Below, piece by piece: positions 43,090 through 52,869 of a DNA stretch of 64,000 nucleotides. Position numbers and translations under genes: made by a program. The first letter of the stretch is position 1. Each line of letters opens with the position of its first letter. Under the pieces are notes generated by a model. The model worked only from the letters and a program-made list of their open reading frames with translations. It made no database searches and was not told the origin of the DNA. This DNA is from Pseudomonadota bacterium. GTDB taxonomy: Bacteria > Pseudomonadota > Alphaproteobacteria > Sphingomonadales > SMXR01. The stretch spans positions 2,445 to 66,444 of the forward strand of contig JADFJJ010000003.1 of assembly GCA_022566215.1 (NCBI GenBank), given 5' to 3'.

Positions 43090-44880
43090 TTATTCACTTT
43101 CCTCTTTTTCCCGCTCGATAAAGGCATCTATCTTGGCCTCCAGGATGGTCAGCGGGATCGAGCCGTTTTCCAGCACCGCGTCGTGGAAAGCGCGGATGTC
43201 GAAGTCCTCGCCGAGCGCTTCTTCGGCGCGTTCTCGAAGCTCGATAATTTTCAGTTCGCCCATTTTGTAGGCCAGCGCCTGGCCCGGCCAGGAAATGTAG
43301 CGGTCGACCTCGGTATTGATATTGTGGGTGGAAAGCGCCGAATTTTCGACAAACAGGGCCACCGCCTGATCGCGGCTCCAGCCAAAGGCGTGGATGCCGG
43401 TATCGACCACCAGCCTGCCGGCGCGCCACATCTCATAGCTCAGCCGCCCGAAGTTCTGGTAATCGTCTTCGTAAATCTCCATCTCGATGCCGAGCTTTTC
43501 AGAATAAAGCCCCCAGCCCTCGCCAAAGGCGGAGAGATAAAAATTCTTCCTGAACATCGGCACGTTTTCCTGTTCCTGAGCCAGGGAGATTTGATGATGA
43601 TGGCCCGGCACCCCTTCGTGCAGGGTCAGGGATGGTAAATTATAAAGCGGGCGTTTGTCGAGCGCATAGGTGTTGACCATGTAATTCCCGGCGCGGCCGT
43701 TTTCATAGGAGCCGCCCCAGTACCTGCCGGTGGTATAGGCCGGGGCGATCTCATCGGGCACCGCGCGGACACCGTAGGAGAGACGCGGCAGTTTGCCAAA
43801 AAATTCCGGCATCTTGCCGTCGATCCGCTTGGCGTGATAGGAGGCCTCGGCCAGAAGCTGGCGCGCCGTTTTGGCGTAAAATTGCGGATCGGTTCTGAGG
43901 AATTCCAGAAACTCGGCAAAGCTGCCCTCAAACTCCACTTTTTCGATGATCGCCTCCATCTCGGCGCGGATCCGCGCCACTTCATCAAGACCGATCTGGT
44001 GCACTTCTTCCGGGGTGATGTCGAAGGTGGTGTAATAGCGGACCAGGGCGGCGTAATACTCACGCCCCTCCGGCGTCCCGGAAATGCCGATCGCCTCCCG
44101 GGTTGCGGGCTGATATTCGTCTACCAGAAACGCATGAAGGCGGGCGAACGCAGGCAGAACGGAACCCTCAATGGCTTTCAGCCCCGCTTTGATAAGCCGC
44201 GCCCGGTCCTGTTCGGAGAAAAAATCCGGCATTTCATTGAACGGCTCAAAATAGGCGGTCTCTTCGGGATTATCGGAGAGCTGGCTGGCGACCACCGGAA
44301 TGATCCGGCCAAGGATCACTTTCGGCTGGGTGAAGCCGTCCGCCAGGCCGGCGCGCATGTTGGCAATCTGTTCATTAAAATAGCGCGCCACGTCGTTCAG
44401 CCGGGCGATGTAGTTTTCATAATCCTTGACGGTCTTGAATGGCATCGATTCAGAAAGCGACATGATGGAAGAGTAAAAGCCGAAATCCGCCAGGAACGGG
44501 ATCCGCCAGGTGGCGAAATCCGCCTGGACAATCCGGGCCTCCAGCTCAAAGGCGAACAAATCGTAATTGAGCTGGTCCTCCTCACTGAGGATGGTGCGGT
44601 CAATGCCTCTCAGCCGCCCTAAGAAGGCCCGATCTTCGCCCTGTTGCTCCAGATAACAGTCTTCGGTGACGCACGCCAGGCGGTGGTTGTAATCCGCAAC
44701 GCCGGCATAGGTAGCCGCCAGCGGTTCGTCTTTCATGCGTTCCGCCCATTCGTCCTCAAACAGCTGATGAAGCTTTTTCGCCTCCCCGTTGATTTCGGCG
44801 GTATCGGCGGTATCGGCAAAGGCCGGCTGGCCGCCAATCAGAAAAATTGCCACCAGGAGTGTCTTCAAAAATTCTGTCAT
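43090..44880 (-). CDS. DUF885 family protein (metallopeptidase-like)
   Basis: 596 aa with a signal peptide. HEGVPGHHHQ motif and the overall pattern I associate with DUF885. Confidence 0.7.
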   Translation of the reverse strand: MTEFLKTLLVAIFLIGGQPAFADTADTAEINGEAKKLHQLFEDEWAERMKDEPLAATYAGVADYNHRLACVTEDCYLEQQGEDRAFLGRLRGIDRTILSEEDQLNYDLFAFELEARIVQADFATWRIPFLADFGFYSSIMSLSESMPFKTVKDYENYIARLNDVARYFNEQIANMRAGLADGFTQPKVILGRIIPVVASQLSDNPEETAYFEPFNEMPDFFSEQDRARLIKAGLKAIEGSVLPAFARLHAFLVDEYQPATREAIGISGTPEGREYYAALVRYYTTFDITPEEVHQIGLDEVARIRAEMEAIIEKVEFEGSFAEFLEFLRTDPQFYAKTARQLLAEASYHAKRIDGKMPEFFGKLPRLSYGVRAVPDEIAPAYTTGRYWGGSYENGRAGNYMVNTYALDKRPLYNLPSLTLHEGVPGHHHQISLAQEQENVPMFRKNFYLSAFGEGWGLYSEKLGIEMEIYEDDYQNFGRLSYEMWRAGRLVVDTGIHAFGWSRDQAVALFVENSALSTHNINTEVDRYISWPGQALAYKMGELKIIELRERAEEALGEDFDIRAFHDAVLENGSIPLTILEAKIDAFIEREKEESE

Positions 44881-44923
44881 TTTCTCCTCCCTGCCGGAAA
44901 ACTGCTGATTTTTTAAGAGATAT

Positions 44924-45607
44924 TTAACCCTTGTCCCTTTTTTTCATCCTGGCTTTTACGAATCCCGCCACCTGTTTGTTGCGCAGCTCATTGGACGAGC
45001 TGAAAAGGGGTTTCTCCTTCATCCCTTCATACCAGGCTTTCAGTTTCGGGCGATAGGCGAAATAGTCCAGGCCAAAACCGGGCGCAAAAGTTTGGCCCAG
45101 GAAGATGGAAGCAAACAAGGTAGTATCCGCCAGGGTCATTTTGCCGCCAATGATAAATTGACCGCCACTGGCCAGGCCCTCCAAAACATCCAGCGCCTGA
45201 TTGGCGCCAGCCATATGGCGGTCGACGAATTTCTGGTTGCGCTCCTTGACCATCACCTGGCTCAACAGGGCGACGGTGTGAACATGATAATACATATCCA
45301 GAACCCGGATCACCAGCCGAACTCGGGCGCGCTCCTTGATATCTTTGGGGAGCATCGGCTTTTGCGGGAACTGGTCTTCCAGGAATTCCATGATCACGGT
45401 CGATTCATAGAGCGTAAAATCCCCCCACTTGAGGGCCGGCATTTTGCCATAGGGATTTATTTTCAGATATTCCGGGGTTTTAATCTGGTCCCAGTCGGCG
45501 CCCGGAAAATCTATCCTGTTCCCCAGGCCCTTGGCCTGGACCTGCAGGTAAACCCGTTCGACAAAAGGCGACAGGCGCTCCCCCAGAATTTGAATTTTTG
45601 ATTCCAT
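44924..45607 (-). CDS. Glutathione S-transferase family protein
   Basis: N-terminal thioredoxin-like domain (SPFVERV..., KMPAL..., ESTVIMEFL) plus an alpha-helical C-domain. Confidence 0.7.
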   Translation of the reverse strand: MESKIQILGERLSPFVERVYLQVQAKGLGNRIDFPGADWDQIKTPEYLKINPYGKMPALKWGDFTLYESTVIMEFLEDQFPQKPMLPKDIKERARVRLVIRVLDMYYHVHTVALLSQVMVKERNQKFVDRHMAGANQALDVLEGLASGGQFIIGGKMTLADTTLFASIFLGQTFAPGFGLDYFAYRPKLKAWYEGMKEKPLFSSSNELRNKQVAGFVKARMKKRDKG

Positions 45608-45635
45608 TTCCCAGCTTCCGCAATTCTCGAATAAG

Positions 45636-46286
45636 CTAGCTCAACACCTTAAACTGTTCAAAAGCCAGATATCCGGCGGCCCCCCACATGATAATCCCGA
45701 CAAATATGTCCAGGATGCGCCAGGCCTTCGGATTCTCAAAAGTTTTCGAGAAAAAGCCGGCCCCATACCCGATACCGTAAAACCAAACGGCCGAGCCGAT
45801 TATGGCGCCGGCGACAAAATACAGTCTGGCGGGCATTTCATACTGCGCCGAAAGACCCCCCAGAATTACCAGCGTGTCTATATATACATGAGGGTTAAGG
45901 TAGGTAAAGGCCAGAACCGTCAGCACCACAATGCCCCAACCTTTTCCTTGCGCTTGCTTGCCGGCCTCCTTGATGTCTTCCTTTGTCATTGTTGTTGGGT
46001 GAAATGCATCCTTGAAGCTTTTCGCCCCGTACCAGAACAGGAACAGAACCCCGGCCCCGGTTATGACCAGTGAGAGTATTCCCCCGTCCTGCAGCAATGC
46101 CCCGACCCCGGCGGCGCCTAGCGCAATCAGCAGGGCATCGCTCAAAAAACACAGGGTGGTGACCAGGAAAACGTGGCGTTTTTTAAGACCCTTGCGGATC
46201 ACATAGGCGTTCTGGGGGCCGATCGCGAGGATCAAGCCCAACGAGATCAAAAAACCCGCATATAGCGCCGCCCAGGTAGATTCCAT
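45636..46286 (-). CDS. LysE/ArgO family amino-acid exporter
   Basis: 216 aa, 6 TM. N-terminal GLILAIGPQNAYVIRKGL is typical of LysE/ArgO. Confidence 0.78.
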   Translation of the reverse strand: MESTWAALYAGFLISLGLILAIGPQNAYVIRKGLKKRHVFLVTTLCFLSDALLIALGAAGVGALLQDGGILSLVITGAGVLFLFWYGAKSFKDAFHPTTMTKEDIKEAGKQAQGKGWGIVVLTVLAFTYLNPHVYIDTLVILGGLSAQYEMPARLYFVAGAIIGSAVWFYGIGYGAGFFSKTFENPKAWRILDIFVGIIMWGAAGYLAFEQFKVLS

Positions 46287-46292
46287 CTTGCT

Positions 46293-47675
46293 TTATCCCC
46301 CCGCCAGGAAAAGGTTGGTTAACAACAGCGCCAGCACCCCGGCCGGAACAACAAAACGAACCACAAAAAGCCAGATATTGAAATAGATTTTTTTACCCAA
46401 ACCAAGCTCATCGATGCTGATCCCTTTCGGGATCACCCACCCGGCAAACAGCGATATTAATATCCCGGCAACCGGAAGAAGGATATTCCCGACCAGGCCA
46501 TTGATCAGGGCGAACGGGGTCATGCCGGCAAAGATTTTGATAAAGCCTAACGGGTGAACATCGCTCCAGAGATTGAACGAAAGAACGCTCAATATCCCCA
46601 CCGCCCAGAACGCAACCCCTAGCGCATTAGCGATGGCCGGGCGCGAAAATCTTGTTTTTTCAATGAAATAAGACACCACGGTTTCCAGCAAACCGATAGT
46701 CGAGGTGACTGCGGCAAAAACGAACAGGGTAAAAAACAACACCGCAACCAAATTGCCATAAGGCATTTGACCGAAAGCGATCGGCAGCGTCGTAAAAACA
46801 AAATTCTGGGCGTTCTCCATGCCCAGGCCATAGCCAAAAACAATCGGGAAAATAGCAAAGCCAGCCAGCAGCGCTACGATGGTATCGCCAATGGCGATGA
46901 TCGCGGTGGTTTTGCCAATCTGGATTTTTTTCCCGACATAGGCGGCGTAGGTCAGCATCCCGCAACTGCCGACCGACATGGTAAAGAACGCCTGGCCAAA
47001 GGCGGACAAGGCCACCTGCGGGCTCAGGGCCTCCCATTGGAAGGTGAAAAGGTATCTGAAGGCGGCCCCAAAATCACCAATAATGCTGGCGAACACCACC
47101 AGAAAAATCAAAATCAGCAGCAGCAGAGGCATCATAATCTTGGCCGCCCGCTCAATCCCTGAACGGATGCCGCGGCCGACGATCAAAGCGGTCATGGCGG
47201 CTATCACCGAATGCCACAGCAACAATGTGTAGGGATTGCCGGTAAATTCCCTGAACAGCGCGCTCACCGCAGCCGGGTCGCTGGTGGAAAAAGCGCCGCC
47301 CAGGGCTTTGAAAACATAGCCGATTGAAAACCCGGCGATGACGCTGAAAAAGCTCAACACCAGGATCGAAATAAACAGCCCGAGAAAACCAACCCCGGCC
47401 CAAAGTCCGGTGCCGCCATATTTCTCCCTGAGCGCCTTGAAGCTCATTGGCGCGCTTTTGCGTCCCAGCCGCCCGATCAGGGTTTCCGCCATGAACAGCG
47501 GCGAGACCAGAAAAAACACCGCGAACAAATAGATCAGGACAAACACCCCGCCGCCGTTTTCCCCGGCGGCAAACGGGAAGCGCCACAGGTTGCCCAGTCC
47601 AATGGTGGCGCCGATCGCGACGATGATATAGGCCGCCCGGCTGGTCCAGCTTTCATGCGTTTGAGTTTTCGGCAC
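46293..47675 (-). CDS. Sodium-dependent transporter, SNF (neurotransmitter:sodium symporter) family
   Basis: GLGNLWRFPFAAGENGGGVF signature. 460 aa, about 11-12 TM. Confidence 0.88.
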   Translation of the reverse strand: MPKTQTHESWTSRAAYIIVAIGATIGLGNLWRFPFAAGENGGGVFVLIYLFAVFFLVSPLFMAETLIGRLGRKSAPMSFKALREKYGGTGLWAGVGFLGLFISILVLSFFSVIAGFSIGYVFKALGGAFSTSDPAAVSALFREFTGNPYTLLLWHSVIAAMTALIVGRGIRSGIERAAKIMMPLLLLILIFLVVFASIIGDFGAAFRYLFTFQWEALSPQVALSAFGQAFFTMSVGSCGMLTYAAYVGKKIQIGKTTAIIAIGDTIVALLAGFAIFPIVFGYGLGMENAQNFVFTTLPIAFGQMPYGNLVAVLFFTLFVFAAVTSTIGLLETVVSYFIEKTRFSRPAIANALGVAFWAVGILSVLSFNLWSDVHPLGFIKIFAGMTPFALINGLVGNILLPVAGILISLFAGWVIPKGISIDELGLGKKIYFNIWLFVVRFVVPAGVLALLLTNLFLAGG

Positions 47676-47775
47676 TACCTACCCCCTTCAAGTTATGGTC
47701 ATGGGACCGTGTTATGTCTTGCACTTCAAGTCAAGTTCCTTAAAGTGCTAAAAAACAAGTTTCTTGGGGGGAACA

Positions 47776-49320
47776 ATGACGTTGAATTTACCTGTGTTCC
47801 AGAAATATGCCAGGTGGATTTTTTCCGGCCTGGGAATATCGCTTTTGCTTTGGTTTTTGATCGTCCTTTTCTCCAAAGACCTCTCAATCGAGGGATTGGA
47901 TTCTGCTTTTGCGGCTGTTCTGGGACCAATTAGCGACTGGCTTTTTGCCCTGGTTTTTTATGAATTTTCTTTAAATCAAACTCCCGTCCAGGTGATCGTT
48001 CTGTGGATGGCCTTGCCAATGATTATCCTGACGGTTTACTTCGGTTTTATAAATTTCCGGGGGTTTGGCCATGCCTACGACATTATCAGGGGTAAATTTT
48101 TCGATCCGAAGGCGCCCGGCGAGGTCAGTCAGGCGCAGGCGCTGGCGACCGCCCTTTCGGGCACGGTTGGGATTGGCAATATCGCAGGCGTTGCTTTTGC
48201 TATTTCAATCGGTGGGCCGGGAGCCGCTTTTTGGATGCTGTTGATCGGGATCATGGCGATGGCGGTAAAATTCGCCGAATGTACGCTGGCCGTGAAATAC
48301 CGAATCTATAATAAGGACGGCACGGTTTCCGGTGGGCCGATGTATTACCTTTCGGGGGGTTTGAAAAACCGGGGTTGGCCGACCCTTGGCGTCATTCTGG
48401 CCGTCATGTATGCCGCGTTTACCCTTCCCTCAATAATCCAATGGGTTCAGATTAACCAGGCCTATAGCCAGTTTAACGCTGCAACCGGGATAGACGCCAA
48501 ACTCTTCTTCGGCATTTTTATCGCGGTCCTGACCGGCTTCGTGATCATCGGCGGCATCAAAAGCATTGCCAAAGTGACCATCCGGCTGGTGCCCCTGATG
48601 GCAGCCATTTATCTTTTAGCGTCGCTGGTAATTCTGTTTCACCAATTCACTGAAATTCCGGCGGCAATTTCAACAATATTCCTGGAGGCGTTTGATCCGC
48701 AAAGCGTAAAGGGCGGCATCATGGGAGCAATAATTATTGGCATGCGAAGGGCGGTTTATTCCACCGAAGCGGGACTGGGGTCTTCCAGTATCGCGCACGC
48801 TGCAGCCAAAACCAAAGAACCTGTAAGCGAGGGTTACGTAGGGTTAATGGAGCCTTTTATTGATGTTATGATCGGCACAATAACAGCTTTGATTATTGTC
48901 ATTACCGGGGCATATCTGCAAGAGGGCCTGGGCGATATTCAGATGACCTCCTACGCGTTTGCCACTGTTATAGAATGGTTCCCGATAGTCCTGGCAATTG
49001 CGGTTTTTCTGTTTGCCTTTTCAACCATCATATCGTGGTCCTATTATCTGGAAAAAGTCTGGACCTTTTTATTCGGGGGACAAAAAAAATCTATCATCGT
49101 TTTCAAGACCGTCTTTATTCTGATGTTAATTCCCGGGGCCGTTTTAACTCCTGAAAAAGTCTTTAATTTGATGGACAGTATTTTCTTCCTTTTGGCCATT
49201 CCGAACATCATAGGCCTTTATTTCATGGCCCCTGAGATCAAGGCCGATTTGAAGGATTACCTGGCGCGCCTCAAAGCCGGGAAAATCCCGATGACGAATA
49301 CGGTGACCAAAAAGGCTTAG
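47776..49320 (+). CDS. Alanine/glycine:cation symporter (AGCS) family transporter
   Basis: GTVGIGNIAGVAFAISIGGPGAAFWM and YSTEAGLGSSSIAHAAAKT motifs. ATG 47776 is preceded by GGGGGGA. Confidence 0.88.
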   Translation: MTLNLPVFQKYARWIFSGLGISLLLWFLIVLFSKDLSIEGLDSAFAAVLGPISDWLFALVFYEFSLNQTPVQVIVLWMALPMIILTVYFGFINFRGFGHAYDIIRGKFFDPKAPGEVSQAQALATALSGTVGIGNIAGVAFAISIGGPGAAFWMLLIGIMAMAVKFAECTLAVKYRIYNKDGTVSGGPMYYLSGGLKNRGWPTLGVILAVMYAAFTLPSIIQWVQINQAYSQFNAATGIDAKLFFGIFIAVLTGFVIIGGIKSIAKVTIRLVPLMAAIYLLASLVILFHQFTEIPAAISTIFLEAFDPQSVKGGIMGAIIIGMRRAVYSTEAGLGSSSIAHAAAKTKEPVSEGYVGLMEPFIDVMIGTITALIIVITGAYLQEGLGDIQMTSYAFATVIEWFPIVLAIAVFLFAFSTIISWSYYLEKVWTFLFGGQKKSIIVFKTVFILMLIPGAVLTPEKVFNLMDSIFFLLAIPNIIGLYFMAPEIKADLKDYLARLKAGKIPMTNTVTKKA

Positions 49321-50528
49321 TCGACCACCCCTTGGTCGCGGAAGGCTTTGATCTCGCCCCCGTGAAAACCGAGCTCGGCCAGAATTTCGTCGGTGTGCTG
49401 GCCAAGAAGCGGCGGCGGGATTTTATATTCAAGACCGGTTTTGGAATATTTGATCGGGGTGGTCACCTGCGGCACGGTTCCGGCCAGGGGGTGGTTCAAA
49501 GTCCTGACCAGTTCGCGGTGAACAATCTGCGGGTCGGAATAGGTCTCGGCCAGATCATTGATCGGCCCGGCGGGAATTTTCAGATCCTTCAGCAAACCCA
49601 GCCATTCCGCCACGGTTTTTTTCTTGAAGGCTTCGGTCAGGACCGGGATCAATGCTTCACGCTTTTCCACCCGCTGGCGGTTGGTTTTATAGCGCCCCGC
49701 CTGCGCCAGGCCGGGTTGGCCGATCAGCTTGGCCAGTTTCCTGAACTGGCCGTCGTTGCCGACCGCAACAATTACATGCCCGTCTTTGGTCTTGAAATCC
49801 TGGTAGGGGACAATGTTGGGGTGGGAATTGCCGCGCCGCTTGGGCTGATAGCCGCCGATCAGATGATTCATCCCCTGGTTGGCCAGCCATGAGGCCTGGA
49901 CATCCAAAAGCGCCAGGTCGATATACTGGCCCTGTCCGGTCTGGCCCCGGTGATGCAGGGCGCCGAGGATGGCGATCACCGCATACATCCCGGTGGTCAG
50001 GTCCGCGACCGCGGTCCCGACCTTGAGCGGCCCGCCCTCATCGGTTCCGGTAAAGCTCATCAAGCCGCCCATGCCCTGGATTATGAAATCGTATCCGGCC
50101 TCGTCCGCCCTCGGCCCGGTTTGGCCGAACCCGGTGATCGAGCAATAGATGATGGCGGGATTGATTTTGGCCAGGCTTTCGTAATCGAGGCGATATTTCT
50201 TGAGGCCGCCAACCTTGAAATTCTCCAGCACGATATCGGCATCCAGAGCCAGTTTCTTGATAATCTCCTGGCCCGCGTTCGACTTGATATCGATGGCGAT
50301 CGAGCGTTTACCCCGGTTGGTGGAAAGGTAATAAGCGCTCTCGGAGGTCTCAACGCCATCCCTGTCCTTCAGGTAGGGCGGCCCCCAGCCGCGGGTATCG
50401 TCGCCGCTGCCGGGGCGCTCGACCTTGGTCACATCGGCGCCCAGGTCGGCCAGGATCTGGCTCGCCCACGGGCCCGCCAGCACACGGCTGAGATCGAGCA
50501 CTTTGATATTCTTCAGGGGTCCTGCCAT
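49317..50528 (-). CDS. CoA-transferase family III (CaiB/BaiF) protein
   Basis: LKNIKVLDLSRVLAGPWASQILADLGADVTKVE, the N-terminal hallmark of family III CoA transferases. 403 aa. Confidence 0.88.
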   Translation of the reverse strand: MAGPLKNIKVLDLSRVLAGPWASQILADLGADVTKVERPGSGDDTRGWGPPYLKDRDGVETSESAYYLSTNRGKRSIAIDIKSNAGQEIIKKLALDADIVLENFKVGGLKKYRLDYESLAKINPAIIYCSITGFGQTGPRADEAGYDFIIQGMGGLMSFTGTDEGGPLKVGTAVADLTTGMYAVIAILGALHHRGQTGQGQYIDLALLDVQASWLANQGMNHLIGGYQPKRRGNSHPNIVPYQDFKTKDGHVIVAVGNDGQFRKLAKLIGQPGLAQAGRYKTNRQRVEKREALIPVLTEAFKKKTVAEWLGLLKDLKIPAGPINDLAETYSDPQIVHRELVRTLNHPLAGTVPQVTTPIKYSKTGLEYKIPPPLLGQHTDEILAELGFHGGEIKAFRDQGVVD

Positions 50529-50642
50529 GCCATCCGCTTTAGCTTACGCCGCGCCCAAGCGCAATCCGTGGTTACGTTTTTTATGGCTTTGGGGGTAAAT
50601 GCCTAGTAGACTGCAGCTAAGTGTAAAGGGGGGAATTTGGTT

Positions 50643-51506
50643 ATGCCGGACACACGCATTTCAGCAATTGGCACACTTAGCGAAGCATTATCAATTGTTT
50701 GGCAGGGGAGGCAGTTGGTTCTTTTGCTGATCGCATTTCTTTCGGTGGTTTCACTTATTTACATGTGGCCAATGCTGGACTGGTATGTGCCCTTGATGAC
50801 GGATTTTTCTCCTGAAGCCGGACTTGACCCAGCTACAACCCAGCAAATTATGGATGATATGTCCTACCTGTTTGTGGGGCTTATTCCTTTTCTTTTCTTT
50901 TTGTCGGCGCCATTTGTTATCTGGTCACGAGCTTCCATCGGCGGGACCGGGGTTGCCATGGAGGGCGGCATCGGGGCGCTTTTGAAGCGAACATTATGGC
51001 TGGTGTGGCGCTTTATCTGCATGTTCGGCTGGATGATCCTTCTTGTCTTTGCTTTAAGTATTGTCCTAATGGTGATCGAAATATTCACGGGAATTTCAGC
51101 CACCCTGACCGCCCCCGGCGACCCTTCGCAAATGTGGGATGTCCTTCTTGTTATGATCCCGTTCTATATCATTTTGATGGGCGCATTCCTTGCCTTGAGT
51201 CTCTTGTATTCAATTTCAATGCACGGTGAGGCCCGGGATTTTCGCCTCCCCATTTATAAAAGTTTTCGCGCCATGAAGGGAAATCTTGTGCGCGCCACCG
51301 GCGCACTTATGGCAACAATGGTGGTTTTCTATGTGGTCAATTTTTTGGTCGCTTTGCTGTTTATCGGGACAATCACAGCAGCCTCAACCTGGCTGAACAT
51401 CATCGGCCTGTTTTTCCTGTTTGCGTTCAGCAACATTTACTATTTCATTTGGATCACTTACGGCGCGCTCTACGCCTCGAAACTGGTGCCGGAATTGAAG
51501 GGATAA
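50643..51506 (+). CDS. Hypothetical multi-pass membrane protein
   Basis: About 287 aa with 6-7 hydrophobic helices. ATG 50643 is preceded by AAGGGGGGAA. No recognisable motif. Confidence 0.5.
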   Translation: MPDTRISAIGTLSEALSIVWQGRQLVLLLIAFLSVVSLIYMWPMLDWYVPLMTDFSPEAGLDPATTQQIMDDMSYLFVGLIPFLFFLSAPFVIWSRASIGGTGVAMEGGIGALLKRTLWLVWRFICMFGWMILLVFALSIVLMVIEIFTGISATLTAPGDPSQMWDVLLVMIPFYIILMGAFLALSLLYSISMHGEARDFRLPIYKSFRAMKGNLVRATGALMATMVVFYVVNFLVALLFIGTITAASTWLNIIGLFFLFAFSNIYYFIWITYGALYASKLVPELKG

Positions 51507-51528
51507 CAGTAATCAATATTTGAAATGA

Positions 51529-51549
51529 GAGCCCCCCGGGGGCTTTTTT
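51529..51549 (+). terminator. Rho-independent terminator after the membrane protein gene
   Basis: GAGCCCCCCGGGGGCT GC hairpin followed by TTTTTT. Confidence 0.7.
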
Positions 51550-51665
51550 CATTGTTCATTTCCGGTTCAGGAAAGATCAGCAATACTCAAAAACACGGCA
51601 ACGTGTTTTCATGCGTTTGGATGACGTTTCCGGACGAGTAAAGTGGTACTTTCAGTTTTTTAGTG

Positions 51666-51696
51666 GAGGGGGTGCCGTTTGGCATCCCCTCTTTTT
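51666..51696 (+). terminator. Strong plus-strand Rho-independent terminator with no annotated plus-strand gene upstream
   Basis: 11-bp stem GAGGGGGTGCC/GGCATCCCCTC with loop GTTT, followed by TTTTT. On the minus strand there is no U-tract. Confidence 0.6.
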
Positions 51697-52373
51697 CAAA
51701 CCGGCAACTCCGGGGTATCCGGCGGGCGCTCCCCGATCAACGAGGGATTATCGTTCTGGACGTTGTTGACCGCCCGTGACACCGGATAATACGAAAACTC
51801 GATCTTGTTATCCAGCACCTCCCTGGCGCTGATCCCGGCCCGAAGCCAGGCGTCAAAGTGGGCCTTGGGCACAATCACCGGCATGCGGTTGTGGAGCGCC
51901 CGGATCGAGGGCGCGGCATCGGCGGTCAGGATCGCCGCGGTCTCGACCTCGGCGCCGTCCGGGCCCTGCCAATGTTCCCAGATGCCGGCGAAAGCAAAAA
52001 CACGCGTATCTTCCAGGTAAATGTAATAGGGCTGCTTGTTCGGCGCTTCGCCGCGCCATTCATAAAACCCGGTGGCGGGAATCAGACAGCGGCGGCGGCG
52101 GTAAGCGTCCCTGAACGAAGGTTTCTGACCGATCGTTTCAACGCGCGCATTGATCATGGTGACGGTCTTGGGCGCTTCTTTCATCCACGCGGGGATCAGG
52201 CCCCATCTAAAGTGCGCCAGCTCCCGGGCGACCCGCTCAGGATGATTGCGAAGCGCCAGAACCGGCTGGCCCGGGGCGATGTTGTAGCGCGGCTGCAGGT
52301 TGAACCGGGCCCTGATTTTCAGGGCTATGTACAAATCTTCCAGCGTCGCATCCAGTGAAAATCGCCCGCACAT
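51696..52373 (-). CDS. yedK: SOS response-associated peptidase (SRAP/YedK family, abasic-site sensor)
   Basis: N-terminal MCGRFSL (catalytic Cys2), plus NIAPGQPV, RWGLIPAW and FYEW motifs. Confidence 0.88.
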   Translation of the reverse strand: MCGRFSLDATLEDLYIALKIRARFNLQPRYNIAPGQPVLALRNHPERVARELAHFRWGLIPAWMKEAPKTVTMINARVETIGQKPSFRDAYRRRRCLIPATGFYEWRGEAPNKQPYYIYLEDTRVFAFAGIWEHWQGPDGAEVETAAILTADAAPSIRALHNRMPVIVPKAHFDAWLRAGISAREVLDNKIEFSYYPVSRAVNNVQNDNPSLIGERPPDTPELPV

Positions 52374-52387
52374 GTTCTCTTATCCCT

Positions 52388-52425
52388 TAGAGCATACTAA
52401 CTCCATATGGAGTTAGTATGCTCTA
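52388..52425. promoter_or_regulatory. 38-bp perfect palindrome in the yedK / NUDIX divergent intergenic region
   Basis: TAGAGCATACTAACTCCAT|ATGGAGTTAGTATGCTCTA. It occupies 38 of the 70 intergenic bp, 15 nt from the yedK ATG and 19 nt from the NUDIX ATG. Confidence 0.9.
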
Positions 52426-52443
52426 GTCTGCTATAACCCTATC

Positions 52444-52869
52444 ATGATCAGGCAATATCCAAAACGGCCAATTTTCGGCGTCGGCGCGATCGTTTTCAAA
52501 GGCGATGATGTGCTGCTGGTCCGTCGCGGACGGCCGCCCGGCAAGGGGGATTGGTCGCTGCCCGGCGGCGCGGTCGAGTTGGGGGAAAGCGCCAAAGCGG
52601 CTTTGGTCCGCGAGGTGCGGGAGGAAACCGGGCTTGAGGTTGCGCCTGAAAAACTGATCGCCGTAGTGGATATTATCGTCCGGGACGGGGACGGGGCGGT
52701 GCGTCACCACTACGCGGTAGCGGATTATAAGTGCGAGGTTGCCGGGGGAACCTTAAAAGCCGGCGGCGATGCCGCCGAGGCCCGCTGGGTTCCCTTGAAG
52801 GATTTGAAAAAATACCGCCTGACCCCGAAGGCCCAAGAAGTGATACTAGGGTCTGAACCCAAACCCTAA
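52444..52869 (+). CDS. NUDIX hydrolase
   Basis: Nudix box GGAVELGESAKAALVREVREETGL (GX5EX7REUXEEXGU). Confidence 0.9.
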   Translation: MIRQYPKRPIFGVGAIVFKGDDVLLVRRGRPPGKGDWSLPGGAVELGESAKAALVREVREETGLEVAPEKLIAVVDIIVRDGDGAVRHHYAVADYKCEVAGGTLKAGGDAAEARWVPLKDLKKYRLTPKAQEVILGSEPKP

